From NCBI GenBank assembly GCA_944389235.1, contig CALXLO010000004.1, forward strand, positions 1 to 62,207: a DNA stretch of 62,207 bases, given 5' to 3'. Below the pieces are notes generated by a model, which ran no database searches, was not told the origin of the DNA, and was given only the letters and a program-made list of their open reading frames with translations. Both the position numbers and the translations under genes were made by a program. The stretch comes from an uncultured Alphaproteobacteria bacterium. GTDB lineage: Bacteria > Pseudomonadota > Alphaproteobacteria > Rs-D84. Below, piece after piece: positions 1 to 10,223 of the stretch. Numbering within the stretch: position 1 is the first letter of the stretch; every line of letters starts with the position of its first letter.

Positions 1-143
1 CCTGCGTTTTATTGTTATCATCTGCACAATTCTAATTAATTTCTTATGTTTGCGGCACATCTGATAACAATAAAACTGCGGTCGTGTAGCGTACAGTGTT
101 CAGTACATTTCCTTGGTCGTTTTGGGCTTTGGCAGATGTATAA

Positions 144-644
144 TTATTTTTTTCCAAAATGTTTTTTCAGGATATCGTATGCCGCGGATATGCGGGCAAA
201 TTCAGTTGCGTTGGCGGTATCAGATGCAATATCTGGATGGTATTTTTTCGCCAATGCGCGATATCGTGCGGCAATTTCGCGCCATGTGCTGGATATTGGT
301 AATCCAAATATTTTTAATGCAGAAATAACTGTTTGGGGTGTGCTGGTTCGTGGTGGCGTTTTATCAAATGTGCTGCGTCCGGTTATAAAATCGTTCAAAA
401 ATTTTACATAATCAGCAGCATCGCGATTCGCTTGCGCTGTATCTTTTAATGGCGCGCCAAATGTTTGTCGTTCCCAATCTTCTTCTATTTCGTCGGGGGT
501 CATGCCGGCATAATAGTTCCAATTTTTATTATATTCTGCGGCATGTTCGCGGCAAAACCACCAGTATTCGCGTAATTCGCGCGTTTTTGGGGCGCGACAT
601 GTTCCGGCCTTGGTACAGCCAGGATAATCACATTTTTTTATCAT
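144..644 (-). CDS. J-domain (DnaJ-like) protein with Cys-rich N-terminus
   Basis: 166-aa ORF. The C-terminus has a J-domain signature (YRALAKKYHPD). The N-terminus has CDYPGC...C...FC. It ends 2 nt from the xerD stop. Confidence 0.8.
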   Translation of the reverse strand: MIKKCDYPGCTKAGTCRAPKTRELREYWWFCREHAAEYNKNWNYYAGMTPDEIEEDWERQTFGAPLKDTAQANRDAADYVKFLNDFITGRSTFDKTPPRTSTPQTVISALKIFGLPISSTWREIAARYRALAKKYHPDIASDTANATEFARISAAYDILKKHFGKK

Positions 645-646
645 AT

Positions 647-1507
647 TTATTTTTCCCTGATATGTCCCAGTGGATGATGTTCACGCACTGTTTCCATTAA
701 TTTATCTGGCATAACATGCGTGTATATCTGGGTTGTTGAAATATCTTCGTGTCCCAACATTGTTTGTATTGCACGCAAGTTTGCACCACCTGCCAGCAAG
801 TGCGATGCAAACGAGTGGCGCAAAACATGCGGACTGACCCGGTGCGGGTCTATGCCGGCCAATACAGCGCATTTTTTCAAAATCTTAAAGAATCCATCCC
901 GTGTTATATGACCCGTCTGTCCATTTGATGGAAATACATATTTTGATGGGTTGTCGCCACGCAATTCCAGCCATTTTTCTAATGCGTATTGTGCGCGTTC
1001 GTGCATCGGTACTATGCGTTCTTTGGCACCTTTGCCATGAATCAGCAATTTATCACCTAAATTTGCGGTCATGGGTAATTCGCATAATTCAGAAACACGC
1101 AGCCCAGATGCGTATGTTAATTCCAGCATTGCGCGCAAGCGTGCAGTATTATGTATGTCGCCCGCAGATGATATCAGCAGTTCTATTTCTGAAACAGATA
1201 ATAGTTTCGGCAGACTGCGCATGCGTTTTGGTATTTCCAGATTTGCCGCCGGATTTGTTTTGATAATTTTTTCCAGCATTAAAAATTTATAGAATCCACG
1301 CAACGCGCTGGCCTTGCGTGCGACAGACGATGCGCGTATTGGTAAATGTGCCAAGTATTGCTGGACATCATCATGGCTGGCGTTTAATAATCCACCAGAA
1401 ATATTTTCGTCTGCATGATGCAAATCACTGGCATAACTGGCCAGTGTCTTTGCACTGCGCCCGCGTTCAGCAGACATGGCTTCTAAGAATACATCTATAT
1501 AATTCAT
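647..1507 (-). CDS. xerD: tyrosine site-specific recombinase XerD/XerC family
   Basis: Motifs: SAERGRSAKTLASY in the N-terminal SAM-like domain, GLRVSEL, HVLRHSFASHLL, GHEDISTTQIYTHV with the catalytic Tyr. Start moved to MNYIDVF (ATG at 1507); the longer track ORF has no homologous N-terminus. Confidence 0.85.
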   Translation of the reverse strand: MNYIDVFLEAMSAERGRSAKTLASYASDLHHADENISGGLLNASHDDVQQYLAHLPIRASSVARKASALRGFYKFLMLEKIIKTNPAANLEIPKRMRSLPKLLSVSEIELLISSAGDIHNTARLRAMLELTYASGLRVSELCELPMTANLGDKLLIHGKGAKERIVPMHERAQYALEKWLELRGDNPSKYVFPSNGQTGHITRDGFFKILKKCAVLAGIDPHRVSPHVLRHSFASHLLAGGANLRAIQTMLGHEDISTTQIYTHVMPDKLMETVREHHPLGHIREK

Positions 1508-1659
1508 GGATATAAAACAACTTCGGTCATGTGTTGGGTCGCAGGAAATGATACTATCATTAAAATAATCAGAACTGCAACCAATGTCCAAAAGATTATT
1601 TGATTCCGTTTTGTATTTTTTTTACGCAATGGCATTAATAATTCCTTTGTTTCGTGTTT

Positions 1660-2721
1660 TTAGATTGTATCAAAACTGGCAATAAATGCACCAGCGCCCG
1701 CAATAATTATTAATGGTGGCGCGATTATTGCCAATAACGGTGGCAAAACACCCGTTGCCCCCAGTGCGTTAAACAAATTAGACAAAAAATATACCGCAAA
1801 GCATGTTATTATACCCATGCCGAATTTTATCCCAAAGCTGTAATTACGGCGTTGACGCGTTTGGGAAAAAGCAATACCCAATGTTGTCATGGCAACCATT
1901 GTTAATGGTAAAAACAGTAAAGTCCAAAATTGTACCAAGTGTCCGCGCACGGGCGCACCAATTTGCGACATTCTGTATATAAATTCAGGCAACTGCCAAA
2001 ATGAAATCTGGTCTGGTTGTAAATATCTGTCCAGAACGGTGCGCGGATTTAACAATGTTTGCATTTGCCATGCGCCATGTGTTGGTATCCCGTTGTCGTC
2101 CCATTTGGTTGCATTTGTTGCGGCCAGACCACTGTCGGTTAATGTTATTGTGTCGGATTGTACCCGTTGGGTTAATTTGAATGACTGATTTTGTATGTAT
2201 ACAGTTGCGTTATCGAACAACAATGTTTCACCAGATTTATGCATGCCCTTGGCATTCATGGTTATATATCCTGCATCAGATGATTCACGCAACCAGATTT
2301 CATTATCTATTAACATCAAATGGTCAGGGGTCAGATTTTTTTCGTTCAGACCAACAGAATACGGATTTATAACAGTTGTTGCAAATATTCCAATTATTGC
2401 CGCACAAATTAAAAATGGACGCGACATTTGATACGGCGATAACCCCGCGCTGGCGATAATAATATTTTCACTGGATTTGGTTAGATTGTACGATGCTAGC
2501 AATGTACCCATAAATACAGCCAATGGCAAAAACAAGGGCACATATTCCATTAATCGCACCCATGTATCATATAGTGTCGCCAATGCTGTTGGGTTGGCAG
2601 GCAATCTTTCCACAAATGTTACCGCCATAATTATGCCGCACACAACCAGCATAACCAATCCAACGCCATAGAAAAAACGACGCGCCAGAAATCTGTTCAA
2701 AATTTTTGGTTTTGCTTTCAT
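1660..2721 (-). CDS. LptF/LptG (YjgP/YjgQ) family LPS-export permease
   Basis: Multi-TM protein with a central periplasmic beta-rich domain and N-terminus KILNRFLARRFF, typical of the YjgP/YjgQ family. Start chosen at MKAKPK. Confidence 0.75.
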   Translation of the reverse strand: MKAKPKILNRFLARRFFYGVGLVMLVVCGIIMAVTFVERLPANPTALATLYDTWVRLMEYVPLFLPLAVFMGTLLASYNLTKSSENIIIASAGLSPYQMSRPFLICAAIIGIFATTVINPYSVGLNEKNLTPDHLMLIDNEIWLRESSDAGYITMNAKGMHKSGETLLFDNATVYIQNQSFKLTQRVQSDTITLTDSGLAATNATKWDDNGIPTHGAWQMQTLLNPRTVLDRYLQPDQISFWQLPEFIYRMSQIGAPVRGHLVQFWTLLFLPLTMVAMTTLGIAFSQTRQRRNYSFGIKFGMGIITCFAVYFLSNLFNALGATGVLPPLLAIIAPPLIIIAGAGAFIASFDTI

Positions 2722-2825
2722 TCTTATAACCAGACCAGATAAAAAAGTATACATTGTTCAAATGGTAATTGCAAAATTAAAATGATTGCTTATAATTTCA
2801 TCACAAAATAAACAGGATTTAAGTT

Positions 2826-3296
2826 ATGGATAAGAAACCGATTTCACGGGCTGGATTTGACAGCCTGATTAAAGAATTAAAAGACTTAAAGGAAGTTCAG
2901 CGTCCAGAAATACTGAAAACTGTGCAATGGGCACGCAGTTTGGGCGATTTGTCTGAAAATGCAGATTACAGTGCTGCCAAAGAAAAACAGCGGCAAATAG
3001 ACAAAAGAATCCAATTTATAGAAGACTTTATTAATAATGCCGAAGTAATAGATGTTGATAGTTTAACTGGTAATCGTGTCGTGTTTGGCGCGCGTGTCGT
3101 TGCCGAAGACGAAGATGGTAATCGTATGCAGTGCAGAATATTGTCTGATATTGAATCTGATGGTAAACAGGTTATTTCATGTACTTCGCCGGTCGGTCGT
3201 GCATTAATTGGACGCTGTGTTGGCGATACTTGCATTGTTAAATTGCCCAGTGGGGAAAAAGAATACGAAATATTAGAAGTAAAATTCAAGGAATAA
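2826..3296 (+). CDS. greA: transcription elongation factor GreA
   Basis: 156 aa. Has a GDLSENADYSAAKE coiled-coil tip and a C-terminal FKBP-like domain. Confidence 0.95.
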   Translation: MDKKPISRAGFDSLIKELKDLKEVQRPEILKTVQWARSLGDLSENADYSAAKEKQRQIDKRIQFIEDFINNAEVIDVDSLTGNRVVFGARVVAEDEDGNRMQCRILSDIESDGKQVISCTSPVGRALIGRCVGDTCIVKLPSGEKEYEILEVKFKE

Positions 3297-3299
3297 CAG

Positions 3300-5063
3300 A
3301 TGCCGATTCGCGTCCTGCCGGATTTCTTGATAAATCAGATTGCTGCGGGTGAAGTGGTGGAACGCCCAGCCAGCGTCGTTAAAGAATTGATAGAAAATGC
3401 GCTGGATGCAGGGGCGGACCAAATTGTCATAGATGTCGCAGATGGTGGCCGAACGATGATTTCGGTCATAGATAACGGATGCGGGATGTCGCGCGAAGAT
3501 TTATCGCACAGCGTAATGCGACATGCAACATCAAAATTGCCAGATGATGATTTGTTAAATATTTGTTATATGGGATTTCGGGGCGAAGCGTTGCCGTCTA
3601 TTGCATCTGTGTCTGATATGGTAATTGATACGCGGCGTGCAGATGATGATAACGGTTGGCGTTTAGATTGCACAACAAATGAAATCAGACCGTCTGATTG
3701 GGATTGTGGCACGCGTATACGCGTGGCAAATTTATTTTCAAAAACGCCGGCACGATTGAAATTTTTGCGTACAGACCGGGCAGAAATGATGTCTGTGGTT
3801 GATGTGGTAAAACAATTGGCAATGTCGCGTCCAGATGTAGGATTTGTATTAAACAACAAATGGCGTTTTCCAAAAAATCAAGACATAGAACATCGCATTG
3901 GTGCCGTGATGGGCGATGATGTTTTGGGGCGTATGTTGACAGTTGATACGCGGTCTGAATCCGATTCGTCTTTGACACTAAATGGATTTATATCAGAACC
4001 AACATTGCGACGCGCATCGTCTGTGGACCAATACTTGTTTGTAAATGGTCGCCCGGTCAAGGACAAGGTTTTGGTCGGGGCATTGCGCGCGGCATATATG
4101 GATGTTATGCATGCACGGGAATTTCCGCTGTGTGTGCTGTATTTAACATTAAATTCACGCAGCGTTGATGTAAATGTATCGCCCGCTAAGACCGAAGTGC
4201 ATTTCTTGGAACCATCACATATACGGGCGTTTATAATAAAATCTTTGCGGGATGCGTTGGCAAAAACTATGACGCAGAAAACAACGGCTGTGTCAATGGC
4301 GGGGGCGGTCAATGTACCGCCACACAATATGCCGGGTAATTTACAAATGAAATTTAATACGCATGCGGCGTTTGTCAGTTCACCGCATCGTGGTCCAGAC
4401 AGCGCGTTTATGTTGGGCGCGCCGGTATGCAGCGGCACAAATTTTGCGTCTGAAAATACCGTTGTCGCAGAACAAAATATGCCGGCATGTGATAAGAATA
4501 TGCCGCTGGGGCGCGTAATTGGACAAATTGCTAATAAATATATATTGGCACAAAGTGGTGAAAATTTAGTTATTGTTGACCAACATGCTGCGCATGAACG
4601 AATTACATACGAACGATTGCGTCAGCATCAGATAAAGGTTCAGCCTTTGTTGACACCAATTGTCGTAAATCTGCGCACCGAAGATGCAGATGCGGTGTTA
4701 TCTATTGCTGATGAAATGCGCGCAGCGGGGCTGCATATAGATGCGTTTGGCGATAATGCGGTTGCAATTTTTGAAAAGCCGGCTGATTGGGATATAAATT
4801 GGGTTGATTTGTTTCATGCAATTGCAGATGAAGTGCGCGACCATGGGCATTCTGCCCAGTTGGGTGAACGACTGCATTTGAAATTGGCAAATTATGCGTG
4901 TCATCACAGTGTGCGTGCAGGACAAAAACTGGATATGGCGCAAATGGATGCGTTGTTGCGCGATATTGAACAAACATCACACGGGGCAGAATGTAATCAT
5001 GGTCGACCTGTGTACAAGTTTATCCCGCTAAGCGAAATAGATGGGTGGTTTGAACGCAGTTAA
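3300..5063 (+). CDS. mutL: DNA mismatch repair endonuclease MutL
   Basis: N-terminal GHKL ATPase motifs (INQIAAGEVVERPASVVKELIENALDAG, DNGCGM). C-terminus has QHAAHERI and an endonuclease-type CNHGRP motif. Confidence 0.95.
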   Translation: MPIRVLPDFLINQIAAGEVVERPASVVKELIENALDAGADQIVIDVADGGRTMISVIDNGCGMSREDLSHSVMRHATSKLPDDDLLNICYMGFRGEALPSIASVSDMVIDTRRADDDNGWRLDCTTNEIRPSDWDCGTRIRVANLFSKTPARLKFLRTDRAEMMSVVDVVKQLAMSRPDVGFVLNNKWRFPKNQDIEHRIGAVMGDDVLGRMLTVDTRSESDSSLTLNGFISEPTLRRASSVDQYLFVNGRPVKDKVLVGALRAAYMDVMHAREFPLCVLYLTLNSRSVDVNVSPAKTEVHFLEPSHIRAFIIKSLRDALAKTMTQKTTAVSMAGAVNVPPHNMPGNLQMKFNTHAAFVSSPHRGPDSAFMLGAPVCSGTNFASENTVVAEQNMPACDKNMPLGRVIGQIANKYILAQSGENLVIVDQHAAHERITYERLRQHQIKVQPLLTPIVVNLRTEDADAVLSIADEMRAAGLHIDAFGDNAVAIFEKPADWDINWVDLFHAIADEVRDHGHSAQLGERLHLKLANYACHHSVRAGQKLDMAQMDALLRDIEQTSHGAECNHGRPVYKFIPLSEIDGWFERS

Positions 5064-5135
5064 TAACTATTTTTCTTTACATAATCGGCTTTTTTTACTA
5101 TTCTGAATCCCATAATATTACCAAGGAGAATTAAT

Positions 5136-5450
5136 ATGGAAGAAACAACCGCCGTTGTAGATGTGGCAGCCCAAGGAACACAAAATGCAGCAACCGCCGG
5201 TGATTGGTGGGGTATGCTGATATACTGTCTGATTATATTCGCAATTATATATATATTTATGGTGCGTCCAAATAAAAAGCGTATGGCAGAATATCAAAAA
5301 ATGTTAGATTCTTTACAGGTTGGTAATCGCGTATTGGCCGCCGGGATTTACGGCACAATAAAAAAGATTAATGAAAAATCCATAGAATTACAGGTCGCAG
5401 ATGGCGTTGTGATAGAGGTCAGCAAAGGCGCTGTCGCAAGTGTTGAATAA
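5136..5450 (+). CDS. yajC: preprotein translocase subunit YajC
   Basis: 104 aa with a single TM. Motif RPNKKRMAEYQKMLDSLQVGNRVLAAGIYG. Lies upstream of secDF. SD is AAGGAG. Confidence 0.9.
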   Translation: MEETTAVVDVAAQGTQNAATAGDWWGMLIYCLIIFAIIYIFMVRPNKKRMAEYQKMLDSLQVGNRVLAAGIYGTIKKINEKSIELQVADGVVIEVSKGAVASVE

Positions 5451-5472
5451 TTTATAACAAGGGTATATTGGT

Positions 5473-7032
5473 ATGTTTAAGAAACTGGCGATAATTTTTG
5501 TTGCTGTGTTTGGTGTGTTGCTGGCAGTGCCGACATTGGCACCCAGTTTGGCACCTTATTTTCCGTCGTGGATTCAACCAATTCCACTGGGGTTGGACTT
5601 AAAGGGCGGGGCGCAGTTGTTGTTAGAAGTGGACACAACAACAATGTTTCACGAAAAAGCCCAACAGTTATACGAAGAAGCACGCAGTGCATTAATTGAC
5701 CGCGACAAAGGTGTTATTCGTTTTTCTAATATGCGCAATCAAAATGATGTTGTGTCATTTGTTGTTCGCGATGAAGCAGATGTGTCCAAGGCGCGCGGTC
5801 GGTTAAGAAGTATATTTGGTGATACAGTTGATATAACCAACGATGGACGCACAATGACATTGGCGTATTCTGCACGCGCCAAAGATGAAATGGTGCAAGA
5901 TGCACTGGCGCGCAGTATAGAAATTGTGCGGCGGCGTATTGATGCGCTGGGGACCAAAGAACCGTCTATTCAAAGTCAGGGCGGTAAATATATCTTGGTT
6001 CAATTGCCGGGGGTTGATAATCCTGAACGAATCAAAGAATTAATTGGTCAGACCGCCAGAATGACATTCCATTTGGTAAATGAAGATATAACAGCAGAAC
6101 AACTGGCATCTGGGCGACCACCCAAGGGGACAGAATTTTTATCGCTGATGGATGCGCCAGACCAAAAAATTCCGGTCTATTCGCGGGTAGAGGTTTCAGG
6201 CGAATCGCTAAAAGATTCCCAGGCAGAATTTGACCAGAATAATATGCCGGTTGTGACAACAGTATTTGATGCCGCGGGCGCGCGTAAATTTGCGCGTTTA
6301 ACAACAGACCATGTAAATGAACGATTCGCAATTGTGCTGGATGATATGGTCTTGTCTGCGCCAACAATTCGTGAACCAATACCGGGGGGACGCGGTCAAA
6401 TTTCTGGTGGCTTTACCTTGCAGGGTGCCAAAGATTTGGCGGTATTATTGCGCAGTGGTGCATTGCCAGCCCCGTTACAAGTCATAGAAGAACGCACCGT
6501 TGGTGCCGGATTGGGGGCGGATACTATTGCCGCCGGTAAAATTGCATCCTTGGTCGGTATGATATTTATTATGATATTTATGATTATTTGCTATCGCGGA
6601 TTTGGGGTAATTGCCAGTTTCGTTTTAGTAATTAATTTAGCAATGATTGTTGGTATATCTGCATTGTTGGGGGCAACACTGACATTGCCGGGTATCGCGG
6701 GTATTGTGCTGACACTGGGGATGGCGGTGGACGCAAATATTTTGCCCTTTGAACGAATACGCGATGAAATTCGTGCAGGGTCAACATCTTTGCGCGCGGT
6801 CGAGGCCGGATTCCATCGTTCTATGAAGGCGGTTTTGGACGGAAACCTGACAAACTTGATTTGTTCGTTGGTATTGTTCCAATTCGGTGCTGGTCCTATT
6901 CGTGGATTCGCAGTTACTTTATCAGTCGGGGTTTTGACAACTTTGTTCACATGTGTTTCGTTGTCCAAGGTTATAATTGATTGGTACATGAACGGCAAAA
7001 ATAAAAAAATAAGTTATGTAAAGACCAAGTAA
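5473..7032 (+). CDS. secD: protein translocase subunit SecD
   Basis: 519 aa. N-terminal TM, a large periplasmic domain (LGLDLKGG) and a C-terminal 5-TM bundle. Confidence 0.95.
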   Translation: MFKKLAIIFVAVFGVLLAVPTLAPSLAPYFPSWIQPIPLGLDLKGGAQLLLEVDTTTMFHEKAQQLYEEARSALIDRDKGVIRFSNMRNQNDVVSFVVRDEADVSKARGRLRSIFGDTVDITNDGRTMTLAYSARAKDEMVQDALARSIEIVRRRIDALGTKEPSIQSQGGKYILVQLPGVDNPERIKELIGQTARMTFHLVNEDITAEQLASGRPPKGTEFLSLMDAPDQKIPVYSRVEVSGESLKDSQAEFDQNNMPVVTTVFDAAGARKFARLTTDHVNERFAIVLDDMVLSAPTIREPIPGGRGQISGGFTLQGAKDLAVLLRSGALPAPLQVIEERTVGAGLGADTIAAGKIASLVGMIFIMIFMIICYRGFGVIASFVLVINLAMIVGISALLGATLTLPGIAGIVLTLGMAVDANILPFERIRDEIRAGSTSLRAVEAGFHRSMKAVLDGNLTNLICSLVLFQFGAGPIRGFAVTLSVGVLTTLFTCVSLSKVIIDWYMNGKNKKISYVKTK

Positions 7033-7042
7033 GGGGCGCGTT

Positions 7043-7915
7043 ATGAAATTAAAGTTTATGAAATATCGCAAATTATCGTACTGGATTGCTGGGTTGTTAA
7101 TCGGGCTGTCTATATTGTCGTTGATAACGCGCGGGTTAAATTACGGTATTGATTTTGCCGGTGGTATTTCTATGGAGGTAACACCTGTATCCGCAGATTA
7201 TACAATTGATAAAATGCGTGCGGATTTAGAACAGTTTAATCCAGAATTGCAATCTATTGGTGATAATGGGGCAATCTTGGTGCGTGTTGGTTTGCCAAAG
7301 GGTGCAACTGATGCGGAACAAAATCAACGCGTGTCCGAAATTAAAGATATACTGGGGAATCATGTCGAATATTCCCAGGTACAAATTGTTGGACCAAAAA
7401 TCGGAAACGAATTGATACGCGGTGGTATATTGGCGGTGCTGTTTTCGTTTATATTAATGTCGGTATATGTTTGGGTACGCTATCGCGGGGGGTATGCAAT
7501 TGGTTCGTTTATATCACTGTGTTTGGACTTTGTTATAATGTTTGGATTCTTTTCTATCACTGGGTTGGAATTTAATCAGACAGCAATCGCAGTTATATTG
7601 ATGGGGGTCGGATATTCTATTAATGACAAGGTTGTAAATTATGACCGCATAGAAGAAAATATTAAAAAATATCACAAAATGCCGATGGATGATTTGATTG
7701 ATTTATCGGTTAATGAAATGTTGCGTCGCACAATTATGACGGGATTGTCGACTATTCTGGCAATGGTTGCGTTGTTCTTGTTCGGGGGACCGGCGTTGCG
7801 TGATTTCTCGATTGCGATGACATTTGCGGTTATAATGGGAACATTTACCAGTATTTATATATCGAATGTTATACTGTATCACTTTAACCTGCGCGACAGC
7901 GATACGACAAAATAA
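7043..7915 (+). CDS. secF: protein translocase subunit SecF
   Basis: 290 aa. Motifs GLNYGIDFAGG and YSINDKVVNYDRIEEN. Immediately follows secD. Confidence 0.95.
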   Translation: MKLKFMKYRKLSYWIAGLLIGLSILSLITRGLNYGIDFAGGISMEVTPVSADYTIDKMRADLEQFNPELQSIGDNGAILVRVGLPKGATDAEQNQRVSEIKDILGNHVEYSQVQIVGPKIGNELIRGGILAVLFSFILMSVYVWVRYRGGYAIGSFISLCLDFVIMFGFFSITGLEFNQTAIAVILMGVGYSINDKVVNYDRIEENIKKYHKMPMDDLIDLSVNEMLRRTIMTGLSTILAMVALFLFGGPALRDFSIAMTFAVIMGTFTSIYISNVILYHFNLRDSDTTK

Positions 7916-7951
7916 ATCTTTGTTGCGCCAAGCCAATGGGGGGATAGTATC

Positions 7952-9460
7952 GTGAGAATTATAAAATTCTGTATATGCGTATTGTTGGCCTTGGGCGTGG
8001 TGCCGTGTCGCGCGGACAGTTTGTTCTTTGAAGACGAACCTGTGCAAGATGGATTAAATGTTTTTGAAGTATCTGAAACTTTTGCAGATATTTATAAAAA
8101 GTTAGATGGTGTAAAATGGGGCGGCAAGAATATCAATGTTGCAATTGAAAGTTTGGAAAATTTGAATCCTGATGCACATATTGCCGCAACAGATGAACGC
8201 GTTGTTTTGGTGTGGAAAGACGCAATTATTGCAAATTATCCGCGTCCAGATGCAGGTGATTGGCATGGGTTTGGCGAAATTACAACTGCGTTGGTGTTGA
8301 AAATGCGCGGTATGGATGAAAATTTGCATAATGCAACAACCAGTGAAATGTATCAAATGGTTGTTGATAGCCTGATGCGTGGGATTGATGAAAATGGTCG
8401 ATATATATATTCGCGTGCCGCCGAAATTGCCGAAGATAACCGTCTGTTGACCAGTCTGGGATTAGAAGGTGCACGGGATGCGCGCGGAAATTGGCGTGTC
8501 AGCGGTATATTCAAAGATTCGCCCGCAGATACCGCGGGTATTCGTCCTGGTGATTTAATAACTTATATTAATGGTCGTGCGGTTGCAGATTTGTCAGATG
8601 CAGATATGGCATCTGTTTTGTCTGGGTTTAATTCCGGGACATCTAAATTGCGTGTTTTGTCGCCAAACGGCGAAAATGATGTTGTATTGCGTCGTGCAAC
8701 AATTATTTTAGCAGATGCAGATGTCGTACATCGCAGTGATGAAGATACCGGTGCTATTTTAGAAATAGTTGTACATGAAGTTTCTGATAACGCCGTTGCA
8801 ATTATAAATGAAGCATTGGCAACATATTCTGATATATCAGGTATTGTGCTGGATTTACGCGCGTCCACAGGCGATGATGAACGCGCAGCAGCAAAATTGG
8901 CGGGACTGTTTATCGGGGCCAAGCCAGTAATGCGTATTGTTGAAACTGCCCGCGACGAGGTAGAGGTTATCCCCGGTGGACAGGCAATAACAGATGCGCC
9001 AGTTGTTGTTTTGATGTCAAATATGACGCGTGGCACAGCCGAAGCGATTGTTGCAGCATTCTATGAAAATGCGCGCGGGGTATTGGTTGGCACACCAACC
9101 GCGGGCAGCGCGCGTATCGCAACGCGTATTAATCTGGATAATGGCGGTGCGTTGGAATTGCTGAACAAGGTAATCAAGACCGGAAATGGACGCGTTATCG
9201 AAGGACGCGGAATATTCCCGATTGTATGTTTGTCTAATATTCGTACATCACAACAACAAAATGCGTTTTTCTTGAATGTTATAAATAATGATTTTAATGC
9301 ACGCGATTTTAATAACGATAATGATACCGATGTTGCCGATATTCGACGCGGATGCCCGGTTATTACCAGTGGCGCTGATGAAGATGCAGTGGCGGCGGCT
9401 GTTTCTGTAAAAATTTTAACAGACCCAAAGGTATATAATAAATTAGTTGCAGAAGAATAA
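7952..9460 (+). CDS. secreted PDZ-containing S41 (C-terminal processing peptidase) homologue with the catalytic Ser/Lys apparently substituted
   Basis: GTG start and a signal peptide. PDZ segment (GIFKDSPADTAGIRPGDLITYINGR). The S41 core aligns without gaps to the E. coli Prc S430-K455 segment, but reads TRGTAEA...GTPTAGS. Confidence 0.75.
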   Translation: MRIIKFCICVLLALGVVPCRADSLFFEDEPVQDGLNVFEVSETFADIYKKLDGVKWGGKNINVAIESLENLNPDAHIAATDERVVLVWKDAIIANYPRPDAGDWHGFGEITTALVLKMRGMDENLHNATTSEMYQMVVDSLMRGIDENGRYIYSRAAEIAEDNRLLTSLGLEGARDARGNWRVSGIFKDSPADTAGIRPGDLITYINGRAVADLSDADMASVLSGFNSGTSKLRVLSPNGENDVVLRRATIILADADVVHRSDEDTGAILEIVVHEVSDNAVAIINEALATYSDISGIVLDLRASTGDDERAAAKLAGLFIGAKPVMRIVETARDEVEVIPGGQAITDAPVVVLMSNMTRGTAEAIVAAFYENARGVLVGTPTAGSARIATRINLDNGGALELLNKVIKTGNGRVIEGRGIFPIVCLSNIRTSQQQNAFFLNVINNDFNARDFNNDNDTDVADIRRGCPVITSGADEDAVAAAVSVKILTDPKVYNKLVAEE

Positions 9461-9472
9461 CAGGATGAAAAA

Positions 9473-10171
9473 ATGTTTTTAACAAAAGATAACAAAATAA
9501 AATGGCGTTGGCTGGGATTGGGTGGTGCAATAACACTGGGGCTGGTATTGGCCGGGGTATTCTGGTTTGATAAGCCGGTATATTTGTTCTTGCGTCAATT
9601 TGATTGGTGGTTATGGCATTGGTTTGATAAAATTTTTGATGCAAAAATTTGGATTTGTGTATCTGCAATCGTGTTGGTTGTGTTTTATCTGCGAAAAATT
9701 ATGAAAACAAAACCAAGATACAGAAACAGCCAGAATCAACCAAGTTTTCAGACTTTCTGCAAAGACTTTTGGTTCAAAACGCGTAATAGTTATGCCGTAT
9801 TTGTTTTGTCGTCTGTGGTTGCCGCCAGTGTTGTTGGAAAATTATTAAAAATAATTATTGGGCGTATGCGTCCTGTGTTTTTTGAAGCACTGGATAAAAC
9901 AGGTTTTGTACCTTTTTCAACCGATTGGGCATTTAATTCTATGCCATCGGGGCATACTTTTGCGTCATTTGCGGGACTGATTATGTTAGGGTTATTGGCA
10001 CCGCGTATAAAATGGTTTACATGGTCATTGGCGATAATAATTGGCTTGTCGCGTGTTTGTGTTGGTGCACATTGGCCGTCTGATGTTATATTGGGGGCAT
10101 TTATCGGTATGGCAGCGGCGGATTTGACCAAGGCTGTATTAAAGCGGGGTGGGGCCGGGATTTTACGATAA
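9473..10171 (+). CDS. PAP2-family membrane phosphatase (lipid phosphate or undecaprenyl-PP phosphatase type)
   Basis: The three PAP2 motifs are present: KIIIGRMRP, PSGHT, SRVCVGAHWPSD. Multi-TM. Confidence 0.85.
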   Translation: MFLTKDNKIKWRWLGLGGAITLGLVLAGVFWFDKPVYLFLRQFDWWLWHWFDKIFDAKIWICVSAIVLVVFYLRKIMKTKPRYRNSQNQPSFQTFCKDFWFKTRNSYAVFVLSSVVAASVVGKLLKIIIGRMRPVFFEALDKTGFVPFSTDWAFNSMPSGHTFASFAGLIMLGLLAPRIKWFTWSLAIIIGLSRVCVGAHWPSDVILGAFIGMAAADLTKAVLKRGGAGILR

Positions 10172-10223
10172 ATATAAATTTTTATCGCGATATTCCTAAC
10201 ATTTTTATGTTTTTTGTGATACA

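Noticed and set aside
647-1591. XerD as the integrase of a mobile element.
   Set aside because: It has a canonical XerD-type sequence in a housekeeping context (J-protein, lptF/G, greA). I noticed no flanking direct repeats, tRNA target or cargo genes.
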